In this document: positions 34,916-44,997 of the stretch, one piece after another | Position numbering within the stretch: position 1 is the stretch's first letter | Layout of the letters: each line of letters begins with the position of its first letter | Origin: a virus | Lineage: Duplodnaviria > Heunggongvirae > Uroviricota > Caudoviricetes | DNA: 64,000 nt | IMG/VR virus record: IMGVR_UViG_3300006120_000015 | Coordinates: 1-64,000 of that record | Direction: 5' to 3' (one strand) | Notes under the pieces: model-generated | Told to the model about the DNA's origin: nothing | The model's database searches: none | Seen by the model: the letters and a program-made list of their open reading frames with translations, nothing else | Position numbers and translations under genes: made by a program

Positions 34916-35803
34916 ATGAGTTCATTTGCAAATCTCAAAAAACAAGCCGGTCATTTAGACAAAATGAAAAAGGCTGTTGAAAGTATGAGCCAAAACGCTG
35001 GCTCTGACAAGCCTGATAACTTTTGGAAACCAGAAGTTGACAAAGCAGGCAACGGCATGGCAACCATCCGTTTTCTACCATCCTCTCCAGGTGACGGTGA
35101 AGATTCTCTACCATGGGTAAAGATTTTCTCTCACGGCTTTCAAGGTCCTGGTGGTTGGTTAATCGATAACTGTCTCACCACTAAGAACGAACAATGTCCT
35201 GTTTGTGAACACAACAGCCGCTTGTGGAATTCTGGTGACAAAGAAGATAAAGCACTCGTAAGCAAACAAAAACGTAAACTCAACTACGTTTCTAACGTCT
35301 ACATCGTTAGCGATCCAAAACATCCAGAAAATGAAGGCAAAGTATTCTTGTTCCGTTATGGCAAGAAAATCTTTGACAAATTGACTGAAGCGATGAATCC
35401 CGCTTTTGAAGATGAAACACCAATCAATCCATTTGATTTGTGGAAAGGTGCTAACTTCAAGTTGAAGATTCGTAAAGTTGATGGCTATCAAAACTATGAT
35501 AAGTCCGAATTCGAATCACCATCTGCTTTGTTGGATGATGACAGTGAATTGGAAAAGATTTGGAAGTCTGAATACACCTTGAAAGACTTGTTGCAAGACA
35601 AAGAGTTCAAGACATACGACCAATTGAAAGATCGCTTGGAAAAAGTTCTTGGTGAATCTACAGCACCTGCTCGTGCAACTGTTGCAGAAGAACCAAAAGC
35701 AGAAGTTAAGGTTGCAAAACCAAAAGCAGAAGCTAAAGAACCAGCTCCATGGGATGATGATGATTCAGCTTATTTCGATAAGTTGGCTCAGATGGATGAC
35801 TAA
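34916..35803 (+). CDS. gp32: gp32 single-stranded DNA-binding protein
   Basis: Colinear match to T4 gp32: FWKP.VDKAGNGMATIRFLPS, HGF...C...CPVCEH zinc site, GKVFLFRYGKKIFDKL vs GKVFKYRFGKKIWDKI, acidic C-terminus. Confidence 0.9.
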   Translation: MSSFANLKKQAGHLDKMKKAVESMSQNAGSDKPDNFWKPEVDKAGNGMATIRFLPSSPGDGEDSLPWVKIFSHGFQGPGGWLIDNCLTTKNEQCPVCEHNSRLWNSGDKEDKALVSKQKRKLNYVSNVYIVSDPKHPENEGKVFLFRYGKKIFDKLTEAMNPAFEDETPINPFDLWKGANFKLKIRKVDGYQNYDKSEFESPSALLDDDSELEKIWKSEYTLKDLLQDKEFKTYDQLKDRLEKVLGESTAPARATVAEEPKAEVKVAKPKAEAKEPAPWDDDDSAYFDKLAQMDD

Positions 35804-35841
35804 AACCTAAAACGCTCCTTTCTCTCGCCAATATGGTTTTG

Positions 35842-35863
35842 CCCCGCCTAGTGCGGGGTTTTT
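35842..35863. terminator. bidirectional rho-independent terminator ccccgc-ctagt-gcgggg + TTTTT
   Basis: GC hairpin with T-run between convergent gp32 and minus-strand structural gene. Confidence 0.7.
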
Positions 35864-35866
35864 CAT

Positions 35867-37609
35867 TTATACAGCTACGCTTACTCTATTCAATGCAAGC
35901 ATAACAGTATCATTTTGCATACGAGCAGGTATTGGTCTTGTATCATTAATTGATTGTTTACCGCCAATCACCTTGTTATCATTTTGGTTGATTATGGTTG
36001 TTCCCTGTTCTTCTGTGTCATCTTCTTCCATTTTTTCTAGATTGATATGGAAATTCTTAATAGATTTTTCAACATCTGTAACAGCACTAGATATTTCATT
36101 TTTCAAAGTATTTACCGTAGAATCTTTTGAAGCACCTTCTTTTGCTTTATCTAATTCTTTACCTATGAATGTTTTTATGTTGGCGCTTATTTCTTTTTCT
36201 TCTTTGGCGGCTTCACGACCAGCCAAGGTTGAAAGTGCCAATAAATTATATTGCAATACATTCAGTTCTTCACCATTAGAATCGGTTATTCTAGGTATTT
36301 TTAAACCATTTCCAGCTTTGAAACCTGGTGCATAATCATATGGTTTATCTGAAACATGATATCCTTTTGACTCCAATATTGGTCTGATATATTCGTCAAA
36401 ATATATGTTTTGTTTTCCTTGAATATCACCCATTTTTTCGAGATATTCATTTTGAATTTTTTGCATGTTTTCACGGTACTCATCGTTTTCACCAACAAGT
36501 CTTCTTTTTGGTAAATATTCTTTTTCATAATCAGATATCTTTTTATCTCTTTCTTTAGCTGCAGCAATTGCTTGGTCTCTTGGACCGCCAGGTCGATCTG
36601 AAGTAAATGCAGCTGATTGTAATTCGTCAGTGCCTTCTTCGATTGCTTTGTAACTGACTACTCCGCCTACTACTGCCGCACCTATGCCCAAACCGGCAAG
36701 AACTCTAGCTCCTAACAATCTAGAAGCTCCTTGTAATCCTTTTTTTAGAACATCATATGTCAATTCACCAATAAATCCAACAACTTTTAAAATAGCATCA
36801 GCTACTTTAGACAAAATAGTTTTTGCCGTTCCTTTTAGTAGAAAAGAAACGATTGGTTCTACCAAATTAAATAAAGAACCCATTATACCCTCAATGATTC
36901 TTGTGGCCATAGTTTCTAATGGACTAATTACTTTCTTGAACATTCCAATCAAGAAACCAATAGCTGGAATAACAGTCAAAGCAAGGCCTTTTATTGTACC
37001 AATAATTTTCTTGAATGTTTTGCCGACTGTTTCTAAGAAGTTTTCTTGTTTCTTTTCTTCTTTTGGTTTATCTTCAACTTTACCACCTTTTAGTTTTTCG
37101 ATTTCTTCAACTAATTTTTTGTGGCGTCTTTCGTTTTCTTCTTGTTGTTCTTTCTGGAAGTTTTCATCTAGTTCACGTTGTAGTTTTTGGCGTTCATAGT
37201 CTTTCAACATGAAGTTGTATATCTTGGCCAGAATGTCGGCCGATGAATCACCCACTTCTAGATTTCTTACTTGACCTGGACCAATTTTGGTGCGTTTGGA
37301 TTTGTCTTTTCTTCCGTAACCACCATAGTATTCAATGTTTTCATCACTTGCACCAAATGCACGAGCCACACGAGTAAAGATACCTCTGTTACCTTGTTTT
37401 TTGGAACCTGGTGTCAAAGCACTAACCAAACGCAAAGGATTAAAAAATCTACCAATGCGGGTTACTTTTGATTGTAATTTTTCTGATATGGAACGACCAA
37501 TAGATTTGAAGATGCCTTCACCTTCTTCCAAATTTTTTTCATTGATGAGGTCTATTAGACTTTTTCTTTTTATCTGGTCTGCTTTTCTATAATCCATTTT
37601 CGTCCTCAA
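35867..37609 (-). CDS. tape-measure-like/internal tail protein (charged coiled-coil plus TM segment)
   Basis: 580 aa, KE-rich coiled coil, hydrophobic LALTVIPAIGFLIGMF; shares DSxADIL(A/G)K segment with neighbor. Confidence 0.4.
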   Translation of the reverse strand: MRTKMDYRKADQIKRKSLIDLINEKNLEEGEGIFKSIGRSISEKLQSKVTRIGRFFNPLRLVSALTPGSKKQGNRGIFTRVARAFGASDENIEYYGGYGRKDKSKRTKIGPGQVRNLEVGDSSADILAKIYNFMLKDYERQKLQRELDENFQKEQQEENERRHKKLVEEIEKLKGGKVEDKPKEEKKQENFLETVGKTFKKIIGTIKGLALTVIPAIGFLIGMFKKVISPLETMATRIIEGIMGSLFNLVEPIVSFLLKGTAKTILSKVADAILKVVGFIGELTYDVLKKGLQGASRLLGARVLAGLGIGAAVVGGVVSYKAIEEGTDELQSAAFTSDRPGGPRDQAIAAAKERDKKISDYEKEYLPKRRLVGENDEYRENMQKIQNEYLEKMGDIQGKQNIYFDEYIRPILESKGYHVSDKPYDYAPGFKAGNGLKIPRITDSNGEELNVLQYNLLALSTLAGREAAKEEKEISANIKTFIGKELDKAKEGASKDSTVNTLKNEISSAVTDVEKSIKNFHINLEKMEEDDTEEQGTTIINQNDNKVIGGKQSINDTRPIPARMQNDTVMLALNRVSVAV

Positions 37610-39132
37610 CGAGTCTGATTAAATTGTTTTTCGAATAGTGCCGGTTGGTCATCAACCAAACTATGGCCTATCAAAGTGTTGTTGTCGCCTTGTTTGACAA
37701 TACTTGTATTATTATTTACAATTACGTTTGATGATCTTCTTGGCTTATATTTCTTCATCAACTCAGGTAATTCTTTATTCATCGTAACTGCTTCCATAGC
37801 AACATCATTGTCATATACGGTGGTGCCAAATTGTGTTCCACCATAAATCTTACCTGTTTTGGCTAACTTATCTCTGTAAGCAATATTATGACCTGGTTTT
37901 TTATATGCATTAGGATCAGCCGCAGAAAAATCTGTTTGATCTTTTCTAACATGTGGTAACAAATTAATTGCACCACCCAACATTGATTGTCTTTCTTTTT
38001 CAGAAGGACCTTTCAAATATTTGGGAGAAGGACCAGTTGATTTTTTGGTTATTGGATCATATGTACCTGTGACAGCTTCAAACTGTTGTGGTGCTTCCAA
38101 AACTTTTTTTATTGAGCCGGTACCGCCGCCAGCTTTTCGAGCACGGTTAAGAATCGAACCCATAACAGCAGCTTGTTCTTTTTGATTTGTTGTTGATTCT
38201 GCTGCTGTTGCACGAAGTAGTTGGTCCCATTCTTGGTCACTGATTTTACCACCAAAATATTCTTCAGCACTTTCTTTTGCGGACAATTCATCTTCTGAGA
38301 ATATTTGTTTATCGAATGTATAATCACCACGAGAAGTATCAATGATTCCGGTAATATTTTTGATTATGTCTTTTACATCACTGGAAAAAGTTTGCAACGT
38401 ACCTTTCATCTCGGATGCAAAAGCTTTTTCAACAGTAGACAAACCCACACCTGCAGCAAGACCAAGTAGAGCATACTTCAATAGGTTTGATTTCTTTTTC
38501 TTAGTTTGAGGTTTTTCTTTAGCTTTTTTACCTTTACCTTCAAAAGCATCAATTAAATCTTGTAGTTCGCCGTCACGTTCTTTATCAATATCTTTTCTTT
38601 TCTTGTTATATTCACGATATTTTTTTTGGTCTTCATCATGTTGTTGTTTTTGCAAATTCAACATCTTACCGAGAATATCAGCTTCAGAATCACCCTTTCT
38701 CAAATCTAGTACTGTATTGGGTGTTACAGTAGAAATTTCTGGGTCTTTATCCTTCTTCTTGGATTTTTTTGTTGATTTCTTTTGTTGTTCTGCCTTTGCT
38801 GGTTGCTGTGGTTTTGGTGTACCAGTTGAATTGGCAAGAATTTTAGAAATAATAGGCATCGTAACAAATGCCTGATAACCAGGTGAATTGGCCAACTCCA
38901 TGGCCATCTTTTCTAGTTTTTCTTTAGATTGTTCTTTAGCGACTTCTTTTACTCGCTTCATTTGACTTCTGGTCAAGTCTACACCACCCTCGGACAATAT
39001 TGTGGCGAGGTCTCCGTCTTTGAGTAGTACCTCAAAGATTTCTTTAGGAAGCATTTGTTGGGGCTCATGTTTGATCCCCAATTTTTTGGCTAATTCTTCT
39101 GCCGCCGGTGTAAGTTGATATTTTGTTGCCAT
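37606..39132 (-). CDS. tape-measure-like protein with C-terminal SleB-like peptidoglycan hydrolase domain
   Basis: 508 aa; Lys-rich low-complexity; QAAVMGSILNRARKAGGGTGSIKKVLEAPQQFEAV resembles Hydrolase_2 motif of 32908 gene. Confidence 0.4.
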   Translation of the reverse strand: MATKYQLTPAAEELAKKLGIKHEPQQMLPKEIFEVLLKDGDLATILSEGGVDLTRSQMKRVKEVAKEQSKEKLEKMAMELANSPGYQAFVTMPIISKILANSTGTPKPQQPAKAEQQKKSTKKSKKKDKDPEISTVTPNTVLDLRKGDSEADILGKMLNLQKQQHDEDQKKYREYNKKRKDIDKERDGELQDLIDAFEGKGKKAKEKPQTKKKKSNLLKYALLGLAAGVGLSTVEKAFASEMKGTLQTFSSDVKDIIKNITGIIDTSRGDYTFDKQIFSEDELSAKESAEEYFGGKISDQEWDQLLRATAAESTTNQKEQAAVMGSILNRARKAGGGTGSIKKVLEAPQQFEAVTGTYDPITKKSTGPSPKYLKGPSEKERQSMLGGAINLLPHVRKDQTDFSAADPNAYKKPGHNIAYRDKLAKTGKIYGGTQFGTTVYDNDVAMEAVTMNKELPELMKKYKPRRSSNVIVNNNTSIVKQGDNNTLIGHSLVDDQPALFEKQFNQTR

Positions 39133-39328
39133 TATCGTTTCTTATTCATTGAAGCTTGTTTTTGTTTTATCTTCTCATTTTCTTCTTCAATGTATTGTGC
39201 CAACATGGTAACGTAGATATCACGTTCCCAAGGCAACATATTTTCAAGTTCAGTAAGACTATACTTATGGTGTTGTATCAATGCAAAGTTAGTCTTATAA
39301 TAATTTTTTAAGTTATCATAACGAAATA

Positions 39329-40054
39329 TTACCCGAAAAAACTTTCAAGTCCCTCCATGTTGATTACATGTTCAAAGCCACATTTTGGACATTTTGTTTC
39401 AAGTTTCTTAGTCAATCTAGGAAGGTCATCAAAGAATTCTTCCAGTTTTCTGAATTGTTCTTGATTCAAAGATTCCAAAAATTGTGTCAGTTCTTCTTTA
39501 GCTGTTTCGTTTGCATAGTAATACTGTTGGCCATCAAAGATGTATTCAATACTATCGGTCATAATCTCAAATGCAATATCAACCGAATTGTCTTTGTCTT
39601 TCAACTTTTGAACAACTGAAAACTCAGGATACTTCATCTTCATACTGATAGTTGGTGTCAGTTGAACTAAGTTTTTCTTACCAATTTCACCTTCAACTTT
39701 AATATCCAACAAATTAAAAGATGTTTCTAACGTGCCATTACATTGAGTGCCATTCACTTCGTTGGTGCAAGTGTATTTGTTTTCAACAATTTCACCTACG
39801 GAACGAGCTCTCAACTGCAAGAAATAATATTCAACGTCAATTACAGGCAAAGATTCAATGTCAACATCTGGTGTCAAAGTACAATTAACCAAAACTTGTT
39901 TGATGTTTCGTTCAATCGTTTCAGAATCATTCGCTTCAATCGCCATCATCAAGTTCTTTTGTTCTTTCACCAAGAACGGTCTATAAGTCACTTTCTTTTG
40001 TGACAGAGGTAAAATCACATCATAGGTTGGCGTATCAATTTTTGGCAAAGCCAT
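39329..40054 (-). CDS. putative tail assembly chaperone / Zn-ribbon protein
   Basis: 241 aa between tube and tape-measure-like genes; C-terminal CPKCGFEH; positional inference. Confidence 0.3.
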   Translation of the reverse strand: MALPKIDTPTYDVILPLSQKKVTYRPFLVKEQKNLMMAIEANDSETIERNIKQVLVNCTLTPDVDIESLPVIDVEYYFLQLRARSVGEIVENKYTCTNEVNGTQCNGTLETSFNLLDIKVEGEIGKKNLVQLTPTISMKMKYPEFSVVQKLKDKDNSVDIAFEIMTDSIEYIFDGQQYYYANETAKEELTQFLESLNQEQFRKLEEFFDDLPRLTKKLETKCPKCGFEHVINMEGLESFFG

Positions 40055-40071
40055 AGTATATCTCCTTCAAT

Positions 40072-40650
40072 TCATTGAGTAACAGAGTTAATAATTTGTG
40101 TTTTAAGGTTGTTAATAGTGGTAGCAACAGAGTTCGATTGCCAGTTAGTGTATGCAAATACCACAACCAACTTGTGTGGGTTTTCGTTTGACCAGTCCAA
40201 ATCCAGTTGGTTTACAGATATCGGAAACGCATCATTCAACGTTACAGAGTATGAAATTTGATTTGAAACGTCATACTGGTTGACCACAATCGTTGATATG
40301 TAATTAGCTGGGTAGTTGAAGTTATATGTGGTAGATGGGTTTATTGCTTCAAGCCAAGATTCAAAGAATGTCTTTTCTGACATGTCATCAGACACAATAA
40401 AAGACATTGTTGATTCGTTATACGTTGTTTGATAAGGAATCTTTCTAGATGGTGCAGAACCAAATCTTCTTTCGGTTGTAGCCAGTGTTCTACCAGGAAT
40501 ATCGGCAGTCTCGCATCTATAGTTAATCTGGCGGCTAGTTTTTACAAACGGCAAAAGGACTAGAGGTACATTAATCTGTACATCAAATCTAGATGCTCTT
40601 GCAACATCGGTATTAAAACTACCTAAAAAATCGTTAATCGTCCCCGCCAT
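40072..40650 (-). CDS. gp19: gp19-like tail tube protein
   Basis: N-terminal DVARASRFDVQI vs T4 DVTRAFESGDFARPNLFQVEI; C-terminal LDWSNENPHK vs LDWDSNNEIQ. Confidence 0.65.
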   Translation of the reverse strand: MAGTINDFLGSFNTDVARASRFDVQINVPLVLLPFVKTSRQINYRCETADIPGRTLATTERRFGSAPSRKIPYQTTYNESTMSFIVSDDMSEKTFFESWLEAINPSTTYNFNYPANYISTIVVNQYDVSNQISYSVTLNDAFPISVNQLDLDWSNENPHKLVVVFAYTNWQSNSVATTINNLKTQIINSVTQ

Positions 40651-41248
40651 TATTCATTCCTTTTATTTGGTCTAATGACTCTTGCCAAACTTGTTGTGGT
40701 TTTGCACCTTTAAACTGGTACATTGGTAAAAATACTGCCGTTTCCCATTCATTTGGCTGTACGGTAAGTATCTTTGAGTTCAAATGACTATACAAATACT
40801 TCTTAACACAGGGTTTGAACTCACGGAAACGTCTGGTTGCAGCCAGGATATCATAAGTCACACGCATCTTCAGAATGTTGTCATCTTTCATGATCGCAAA
40901 GTCCATGAGTTTATCCATCAATACCACTCTATGTCGAATTGGTAAGTAATGTAGATTCAAACCCAAGAAACCATCAGGGTACTTTTCTAGTACCAAAACA
41001 AGTGGAAACTTGTCATAGTACGGTAAAGTATCTTTATGTTTCGGATCATAATAAAAGCAATACAGACCACCATTCGTAAAGTGATTTACTTGACGTTGTT
41101 TTTCTGCCTTCACTCCACGTGCAATTTGGCTTGGATTGCGAATTTCCGCAATCTTTTGTAAGAACCATTTGTATGATTCAGCCGATCTTGCCTGTATCTG
41201 TGAACCAGAGAACTGACTTGCTAATTGTGTTAATTTTGATGCCATCAA
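40634..41248 (-). CDS. hypothetical tail-module protein (204 aa)
   Basis: ORF upstream of tube gene. Confidence 0.4.
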   Translation of the reverse strand: MMASKLTQLASQFSGSQIQARSAESYKWFLQKIAEIRNPSQIARGVKAEKQRQVNHFTNGGLYCFYYDPKHKDTLPYYDKFPLVLVLEKYPDGFLGLNLHYLPIRHRVVLMDKLMDFAIMKDDNILKMRVTYDILAATRRFREFKPCVKKYLYSHLNSKILTVQPNEWETAVFLPMYQFKGAKPQQVWQESLDQIKGMNNGGDD

Positions 41249-41255
41249 CTATTTA

Positions 41256-41720
41256 TCACAAGCCTAGGTGCTCTTCTGTGATGATTTGAAAGTCCCAGCC
41301 ACGATCTAAACAGTATTCTTGTGCTGACTTCCATTTGGATTGATTGACGCCCCATGTCATAACTTCTTGAATGAATCTACGAGTTTTTCTTGTTGGTTGA
41401 GCTGGCGGTACTGTCTGATACTTGGGTTTAACTTCAATCATCACCGTCTTCATGCCCTTATTTGTTCTCATCTTTACGAGAAAGTCTGGAAAGTATCGGT
41501 GCCATTTACCATCAACTGGAGACTTATACGGCACAATTAATTCTTCAGATGCCCATGAAATTATGTCAGGATTACGGTCGAACCAATCCATACACCGAGC
41601 TTCCCAGCTTGAGCGATAGATGATGTTTGTAGGGTCTCCAACGTATTTCGTTGGATTTTTAGGGGTAAATCTTCCAGAATATGCCATAAATACTATGTAT
41701 GTCACTTTTTCAAATTCCAA
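41256..41720 (-). CDS. standalone PD-(D/E)XK (TnsA/restriction-endonuclease-like) nuclease
   Basis: FPDFLV ... MIEVKPKYQ = D...E-x-K core; 154 aa. Confidence 0.5.
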   Translation of the reverse strand: MEFEKVTYIVFMAYSGRFTPKNPTKYVGDPTNIIYRSSWEARCMDWFDRNPDIISWASEELIVPYKSPVDGKWHRYFPDFLVKMRTNKGMKTVMIEVKPKYQTVPPAQPTRKTRRFIQEVMTWGVNQSKWKSAQEYCLDRGWDFQIITEEHLGL

Positions 41721-42950
41721 ATGGCAGCAGTTAACATTTCTCCGTTAAATATTAACGGTATATCTCCTCAAAACCTATTAACAGACTTATTTTCACCGCT
41801 TCAAGGTCAAGATAAGAACTATATTTACCCATTGGATTTGGCCGCAAATCCAACTTTTTCGCACGCCGTTCAATTTACTATATTTGACTATACGACAAAT
41901 TTAGCAGAAAGTGTTGGTACAGCTGGTTCTACAGCACAAACTCTGCTTCAACAAGGCGCAGCGGCTATTCAAAAATTAGCTACTCCTGGTGGCGCATCTG
42001 CAGCTGTTGATAACGTATTCTCTGCGGCCAAAAACATAACACCTTCACAGTTAGCAGGTTTGACTGGAAAAGTAATTCAAGATGTTGCACAGTTAGATAC
42101 GGCTTCAAACTATCAAATACAAAAAGGTGCATCTCAAGCGACAGTATCTTTGTATATGCCAGATAGTTTACAAACAAGTTTCGATTCAAACTATACTGCT
42201 GTCAGTATGACAGAAACATTTGGTTTGGCTGGTTATTTGTCTAGTGCATATGCGGACAAAAATTTTATGAACAAATTAGCTTCAGGTGATATCGCTAACT
42301 TGTTTAATACTCCTGAAGCAAGATTCGCAGCTGCAAAAGCTTTGGGTATTGCATCTGGTAAAGTTGGTGGCAATGCAGATGCTGCACAAGCAATAGCACA
42401 ACAAGCGTTGAAAGTAGTTCCAAACCCACAAATGCAATTGATTTATCAGGGTATCGGTCTAAGAGAATTTCAATTAGACTTTATCTTCACACCAATTTCA
42501 ACGCAAGAAGCTCAAGCAGTACAGAACATCATCGACACTTTCAGTTATTATTCTTTACCCGATTATGATCCGAATACAAAACAATATTTGGTGCCTCCAC
42601 AAATTTTTAACATCAAGTTTGCGTTTACTGGTAATCCAGGTATCTTGAGTTCAATCTCAAACGTGTTTACTAATACACTTTCCACATACCTTGGTTCTAC
42701 CGCAGCTTCTGCGTTAGTGAACGGATCAGGTACAAACGCAATCAATGATGCCGTTGGTGCAAACGGAAATGCAAAAATATACAAGGTTGGTGACTGTGTG
42801 TTGAAGAATGTTGCAATTGATTATGCACCGAACGGTTGGGCAACTTACAACGATGGATTCCCAATTCAAACTAGAATGACCCTTCAGTTCCAAGAAATGG
42901 ATATTGTCACAAAATCAAGATATTCTGAATGGACAGGATTCAAATCATGA
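41721..42950 (+). CDS. virion/baseplate-module protein (409 aa)
   Basis: First gene of plus-strand baseplate module; position analogous to Mu gp42-like. Confidence 0.35.
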   Translation: MAAVNISPLNINGISPQNLLTDLFSPLQGQDKNYIYPLDLAANPTFSHAVQFTIFDYTTNLAESVGTAGSTAQTLLQQGAAAIQKLATPGGASAAVDNVFSAAKNITPSQLAGLTGKVIQDVAQLDTASNYQIQKGASQATVSLYMPDSLQTSFDSNYTAVSMTETFGLAGYLSSAYADKNFMNKLASGDIANLFNTPEARFAAAKALGIASGKVGGNADAAQAIAQQALKVVPNPQMQLIYQGIGLREFQLDFIFTPISTQEAQAVQNIIDTFSYYSLPDYDPNTKQYLVPPQIFNIKFAFTGNPGILSSISNVFTNTLSTYLGSTAASALVNGSGTNAINDAVGANGNAKIYKVGDCVLKNVAIDYAPNGWATYNDGFPIQTRMTLQFQEMDIVTKSRYSEWTGFKS

Positions 42951-43594
42951 GATATTTTAGTACATTACCACAAGTAACTATAGCTGATCCAAAAGGCAAT
43001 CTAACTGTTGCAACAAATTTGATCGCAAGAAATTACCTACTTTCTTCTTTGCAAAATAACATTAACTTGATGTACAAGTACGATGTAAAAGATGGTGATA
43101 CACCAGAAAATATTGCACACCGTTATTATGATAGTGTTGACAGATTTTGGATTGTGTTGTTTGCAAACAATATTTTTGATCCACAATGGCAATGGCCATT
43201 GACAAATAAACAGTTTCAAGATTATGTTTTGAACAAATATTCTGCTGCGGCTAACTCAACAACACCTTCTGTTGTCTTGGCTTACATGCAAAGCACACCA
43301 CATCACTGGGAACAAGATACAATCACGTTCAATTCGCAAGACCAACAAAAACAGACAATTACAAATCAAATTACACAGAATACATATTTGAATTCTACAA
43401 ATCAAAATGTAACTTTGCAACTTCCAAGTGGCGTTTCTGTAACCAAACAAACAAATTACAGACAAGTTAGCATTTACGATTATGAAGTTGCTCAGAATGA
43501 ATCTAACCGAAGAATCAATATTATTAATAGTTTGTATATTAACCAAATTGAATCACAATTTCAGGATTTGATGCTAAAAAATGTCAAACATTAA
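42929..43594 (+). CDS. LysM-like baseplate protein (gp53/P2 gpX-like)
   Basis: YDVKDGDTPENIAHRYYDSVDRFWIVLFANNI resembles LysM. Confidence 0.4.
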   Translation: MDRIQIMRYFSTLPQVTIADPKGNLTVATNLIARNYLLSSLQNNINLMYKYDVKDGDTPENIAHRYYDSVDRFWIVLFANNIFDPQWQWPLTNKQFQDYVLNKYSAAANSTTPSVVLAYMQSTPHHWEQDTITFNSQDQQKQTITNQITQNTYLNSTNQNVTLQLPSGVSVTKQTNYRQVSIYDYEVAQNESNRRINIINSLYINQIESQFQDLMLKNVKH

Positions 43595-44996
43595 GTTTTC
43601 AACCGACTATAACTTAGTAGATGTAGTTCTATACAGTGCAACAGGTAAAATATCCTTAAAACCACAACTGGTTGAATTGAACCTGTTTGAAGATTTGTTT
43701 GCCGGAACATTAACTGGCCAGTTGGTTATGTCTGATGGTGTTGGTATTATCAACGGTGCTTCTTTAAATGGTACAGAATATATAAAAATTACCTTAGACA
43801 AGCCTTCAACAGAAGGTGTTGAATTCTCAAGAACATTTAGAATATTTTCTATAACAAACCGTTCTTTCAGTAAGAACAATACGTTTGAAAATTACACAAT
43901 CAACTTTTGTTCTGATGAGTTTCTTTTATCTGAACAATATAGAATCTGTAAGTCATACAAACAACAAAAAATTTCAGATATCGTAACAGATATATTGACA
44001 AATTTCTTGGGTGTTGGTAACTCAGATACCAAAGTGATTAGTGTAGAAGATACGACCTTTACTTACGATTTTATATTACCAAACAAAAAAATATTTGAGA
44101 CTATCAATTGGCTTTCAACTTATGCAACGCCAAGCCAAAGTGGTTATAGTGGTACCGGAAATAATATGAACGGTGCTGATATGATTTTCTTTGAGAACAA
44201 TGATGGCATATTCTTTGCATCATTAGGCACACTTTTCAAACAAACTCCTGTATTCAAATACACTTTTGCACCAAAAAACGTAGTTCCTGGTGATATCAAC
44301 CAAGAATACTATAATATACTTAACTTTGAAGTATTGGAAAGCTTTGACACATTGAAAGCTTTGATGAACGGTACTTTTGCAAACCGTCTAATAACTATTG
44401 ATCCTGTGTTAAGAAAGAAATATGTTACAGATTTTAGTTATGATGTGTTGGCTCAACAATACGATACGATGAATCCAGCACCTGTTACTAACAACTATAA
44501 GAACAGGTTTGGTCAAGCAATGTACGAATCGCCTGAATTAAATTTAAACGGAACAGAAGCTGGTGTATTGAGAATGGCACCATCAAATTACAATCAAATT
44601 AATCAGTCAAGTTATTTGAAACAGTTACCCGATACAGTTGCACCTGATATCAACGCAGAGAATTACATACCCAATCGTGTTGGTCAGTTGGCTTTATCAC
44701 AATACCAGAGAGTTAGAATAACAGTTCCTGGTAATCCAGAAATATTTGTTGGTATGACGATTGATCTTGATGTTGCCGGTGTCGGTATCACAACAAAAGA
44801 TAAACAAAGAACGTCAGATAATCAGTTGTCTGGTACATATCTTGTGAGTGCAGTCCGTCATGTGTTGAACAACACCACATATATATCAGTAGTAGAATTA
44901 TGTAAGGGTAGTAACGCACAACCTCTTGCGGGTGTTAATGATTATGATCCAACATGGGTCGAGCTTGTTACAGGCAGTCAAACAGTAAGTAGTTAA
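43581..44996 (+). CDS. gp27-like baseplate hub protein
   Basis: 471 aa, immediately upstream of spike OB-domain gene; N-terminal pattern resembles T4 gp27. Confidence 0.45.
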   Translation: MSNIKFSTDYNLVDVVLYSATGKISLKPQLVELNLFEDLFAGTLTGQLVMSDGVGIINGASLNGTEYIKITLDKPSTEGVEFSRTFRIFSITNRSFSKNNTFENYTINFCSDEFLLSEQYRICKSYKQQKISDIVTDILTNFLGVGNSDTKVISVEDTTFTYDFILPNKKIFETINWLSTYATPSQSGYSGTGNNMNGADMIFFENNDGIFFASLGTLFKQTPVFKYTFAPKNVVPGDINQEYYNILNFEVLESFDTLKALMNGTFANRLITIDPVLRKKYVTDFSYDVLAQQYDTMNPAPVTNNYKNRFGQAMYESPELNLNGTEAGVLRMAPSNYNQINQSSYLKQLPDTVAPDINAENYIPNRVGQLALSQYQRVRITVPGNPEIFVGMTIDLDVAGVGITTKDKQRTSDNQLSGTYLVSAVRHVLNNTTYISVVELCKGSNAQPLAGVNDYDPTWVELVTGSQTVSS

Positions 44997-44997
44997 T

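Noticed and set aside
36684-37212. Plus-strand ORFs inside the minus-strand tape-measure-like gene
   Set aside because: Antisense shadow ORFs in Lys/Glu-rich (AAR/GAR codon) coding DNA.
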